In this document: positions 63,062 through 64,000 of the stretch, piece after piece
Numbering within the stretch: position 1 is the stretch's first letter
Layout: every line of letters starts with the position of its first letter
Source of the DNA: Patescibacteria group bacterium
GTDB taxonomy: Bacteria > Patescibacteriota > Patescibacteriia > UBA9934 > GWF2-40-263
DNA length: 64,000 bases
NCBI GenBank assembly: GCA_041661745.1
Contig: JBAZTR010000002.1
Coordinates: forward strand, 68,368 to 132,367
Direction: 5' to 3'
Made by a program: the position numbers and the translations under genes
Notes under the pieces: model-generated
The model's input: only the letters and a program-made list of their open reading frames with translations
Told to the model about the DNA's origin: nothing
Databases searched by the model: none

Positions 63062-64000
63062 TTATTTAGGTGTGGAAGCACAATTAGCTGTACCTAAAAT
63101 ATTTAAAGAATATGTGCACTTAGTATTCGTTTTTGCCCCAATTCCACAGGAATCTTCCTCGCAAACGGTTTTTAAACTTATATCTGAAGAATCGGGAGCG
63201 TAATAACCTAAAGGCGGTTGAACTCTGCCTGTCTTTGTCTTTTGATCTTTATAATCTTCACATTTTGCAACACTGGAACTGGAACAATCGAGTGTTAAAA
63301 GAACACACTTATTTAGTGATGCATCCGAGCCAAAAAGTGCTCCGTGATCGTAAAAACATTCATACGAAATTTTAGGAATTCCATTACCGCCAGTGGTATC
63401 TGTCCGCAAATCATATTGAGAACACGCAGAAGAGTCAACGGCTAGACCGGCGATGGTTTGGTTCATCTCTTCACAAGCAAGACAGCGATCGGCCGGATCT
63501 AGACGGGTACATTTTTGGTAGGTTTCAGGACAGGTGTTCCAGTGACAAGTTTTTTGTTCGGCCTCTGGAACATCTTTTCCGTTTTCTTTTACAAGTTTAG
63601 AAACCGTGCTGCCACATTTACCAGTAGTTGGTTCTAAAGTATATATTCCTTTGGCCTGAATGGATTCGCAACTGGTCGAATCAGAAATAAACATGACTCC
63701 TTGCATTTTTGGAATTTGCGGCATTTCTAATTTAATCAACTGGGGGTTAACGGTAAAAAGAATAAGAGCCGCACACATAAGCAAAACTAATCCGGTCAAT
63801 GCTTTGGTGATTCGCTCTTTAGCTTTAGAAATTTCCCCACCGCCCGGCGAACTAACATACTGCAAGCCACCGACCATTAACATAAGAACAGCAAAAATCG
63901 TGGCAATACTTAAAAGAAATTTATAGGTCTTATCAACATAATCCCCTAAACCGGTAACACTGGCCGTAATTCTACCGGCAATCGGCAAACTTACCCCAAG
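63062..64000 (-). CDS. Cys-rich secreted/membrane-anchored protein, hypothetical; N-terminus beyond window edge
   Basis: Hydrophobic N-terminal segments followed by a Cys-rich region of about 200 aa (C..C motifs). ORF remains open at position 64000. Confidence 0.3.
   Translation of the reverse strand, partial: LGVSLPIAGRITASVTGLGDYVDKTYKFLLSIATIFAVLMLMVGGLQYVSSPGGGEISKAKERITKALTGLVLLMCAALILFTVNPQLIKLEMPQIPKMQGVMFISDSTSCESIQAKGIYTLEPTTGKCGSTVSKLVKENGKDVPEAEQKTCHWNTCPETYQKCTRLDPADRCLACEEMNQTIAGLAVDSSACSQYDLRTDTTGGNGIPKISYECFYDHGALFGSDASLNKCVLLTLDCSSSSVAKCEDYKDQKTKTGRVQPPLGYYAPDSSDISLKTVCEEDSCGIGAKTNTKCTYSLNILGTANCASTPK

Noticed and set aside
1-64000. CRISPR arrays, integrases, transposases, attachment-site direct repeats at tRNA-Pro and tRNA-Glu
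   Set aside because: No regularly spaced direct repeats and no recombinase-like ORFs found. I could not find duplicated tRNA 3' ends near the GC-rich islands by eye, so the islands are not called mobile elements.

Overview
This 64 kb window looks like a chromosomal segment from a small-genome, Gram-positive-like or CPR/Patescibacteria-like bacterium. That lineage call is inference from gene content, tight packing and overlapping operons. The window is dominated by housekeeping genes.

Main housekeeping content:
- str operon: rpsL-rpsG-fusA.
- Cell envelope and nucleotide metabolism: murA, rdgB, ndk, ugd.
- comEC, as two overlapping ORFs.
- leuS, gdhA, trxB, trxA.
- infB, truB, and the rny-ymdB-hup block.
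- The rpmF-nusB-rnc-queH operon.
- gyrA, rpsA, ftsH, pilB/gspE, the tsaE-tsaD-SPFH-arfB operon, clpP, nrnA.
- An SMC-like gene, a complete liv ABC transporter operon and uvrA.
- Four tRNAs: Pro-GGG, Arg-TCG, Lys-CTT and Glu-TTC.

Features that stand out against this background:
1. A family of about 40-55 bp GC-rich palindromic elements, with core TAACCTCACCCC..CCCTCTCCTT-NNN-AAGGAGAGGGG. Copies sit in-frame inside essential genes (leuS, the comEC beta-lactamase domain, tsaD) and at gene ends, where they supply a stop codon and a terminator stem. The pattern resembles Rickettsia palindromic elements.
2. Several short islands that are GC-rich by eye, in an otherwise AT-moderate background:
   - a RelA/SpoT-domain nucleotidyltransferase (possible toxSAS-like) immediately downstream of ndk and beside tRNA-Pro;
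   - a Nudix hydrolase plus a histidine phosphatase flanking tRNA-Glu;
   - a secreted caspase-like protein with an EF-hand;
   - a small two-TM membrane protein;
   - a coiled-coil hypothetical protein;
   - an MFS transporter with a perfect palindromic operator.
3. A complete Nudix domain inserted inside LeuS.
4. Pyrimidine-rich periodic leader motifs (CTAC-type and CCCTT-type) just upstream of many start codons, paired with purine-rich upstream arms that would form long leader hairpins.
5. A promoter- and terminator-bounded non-coding locus of about 300 nt next to clpP.

No rRNA, CRISPR array, integrase or transposase was seen. Coordinates are read by eye and may be off by 1-2 nt. GC statements are visual estimates, not computed values.
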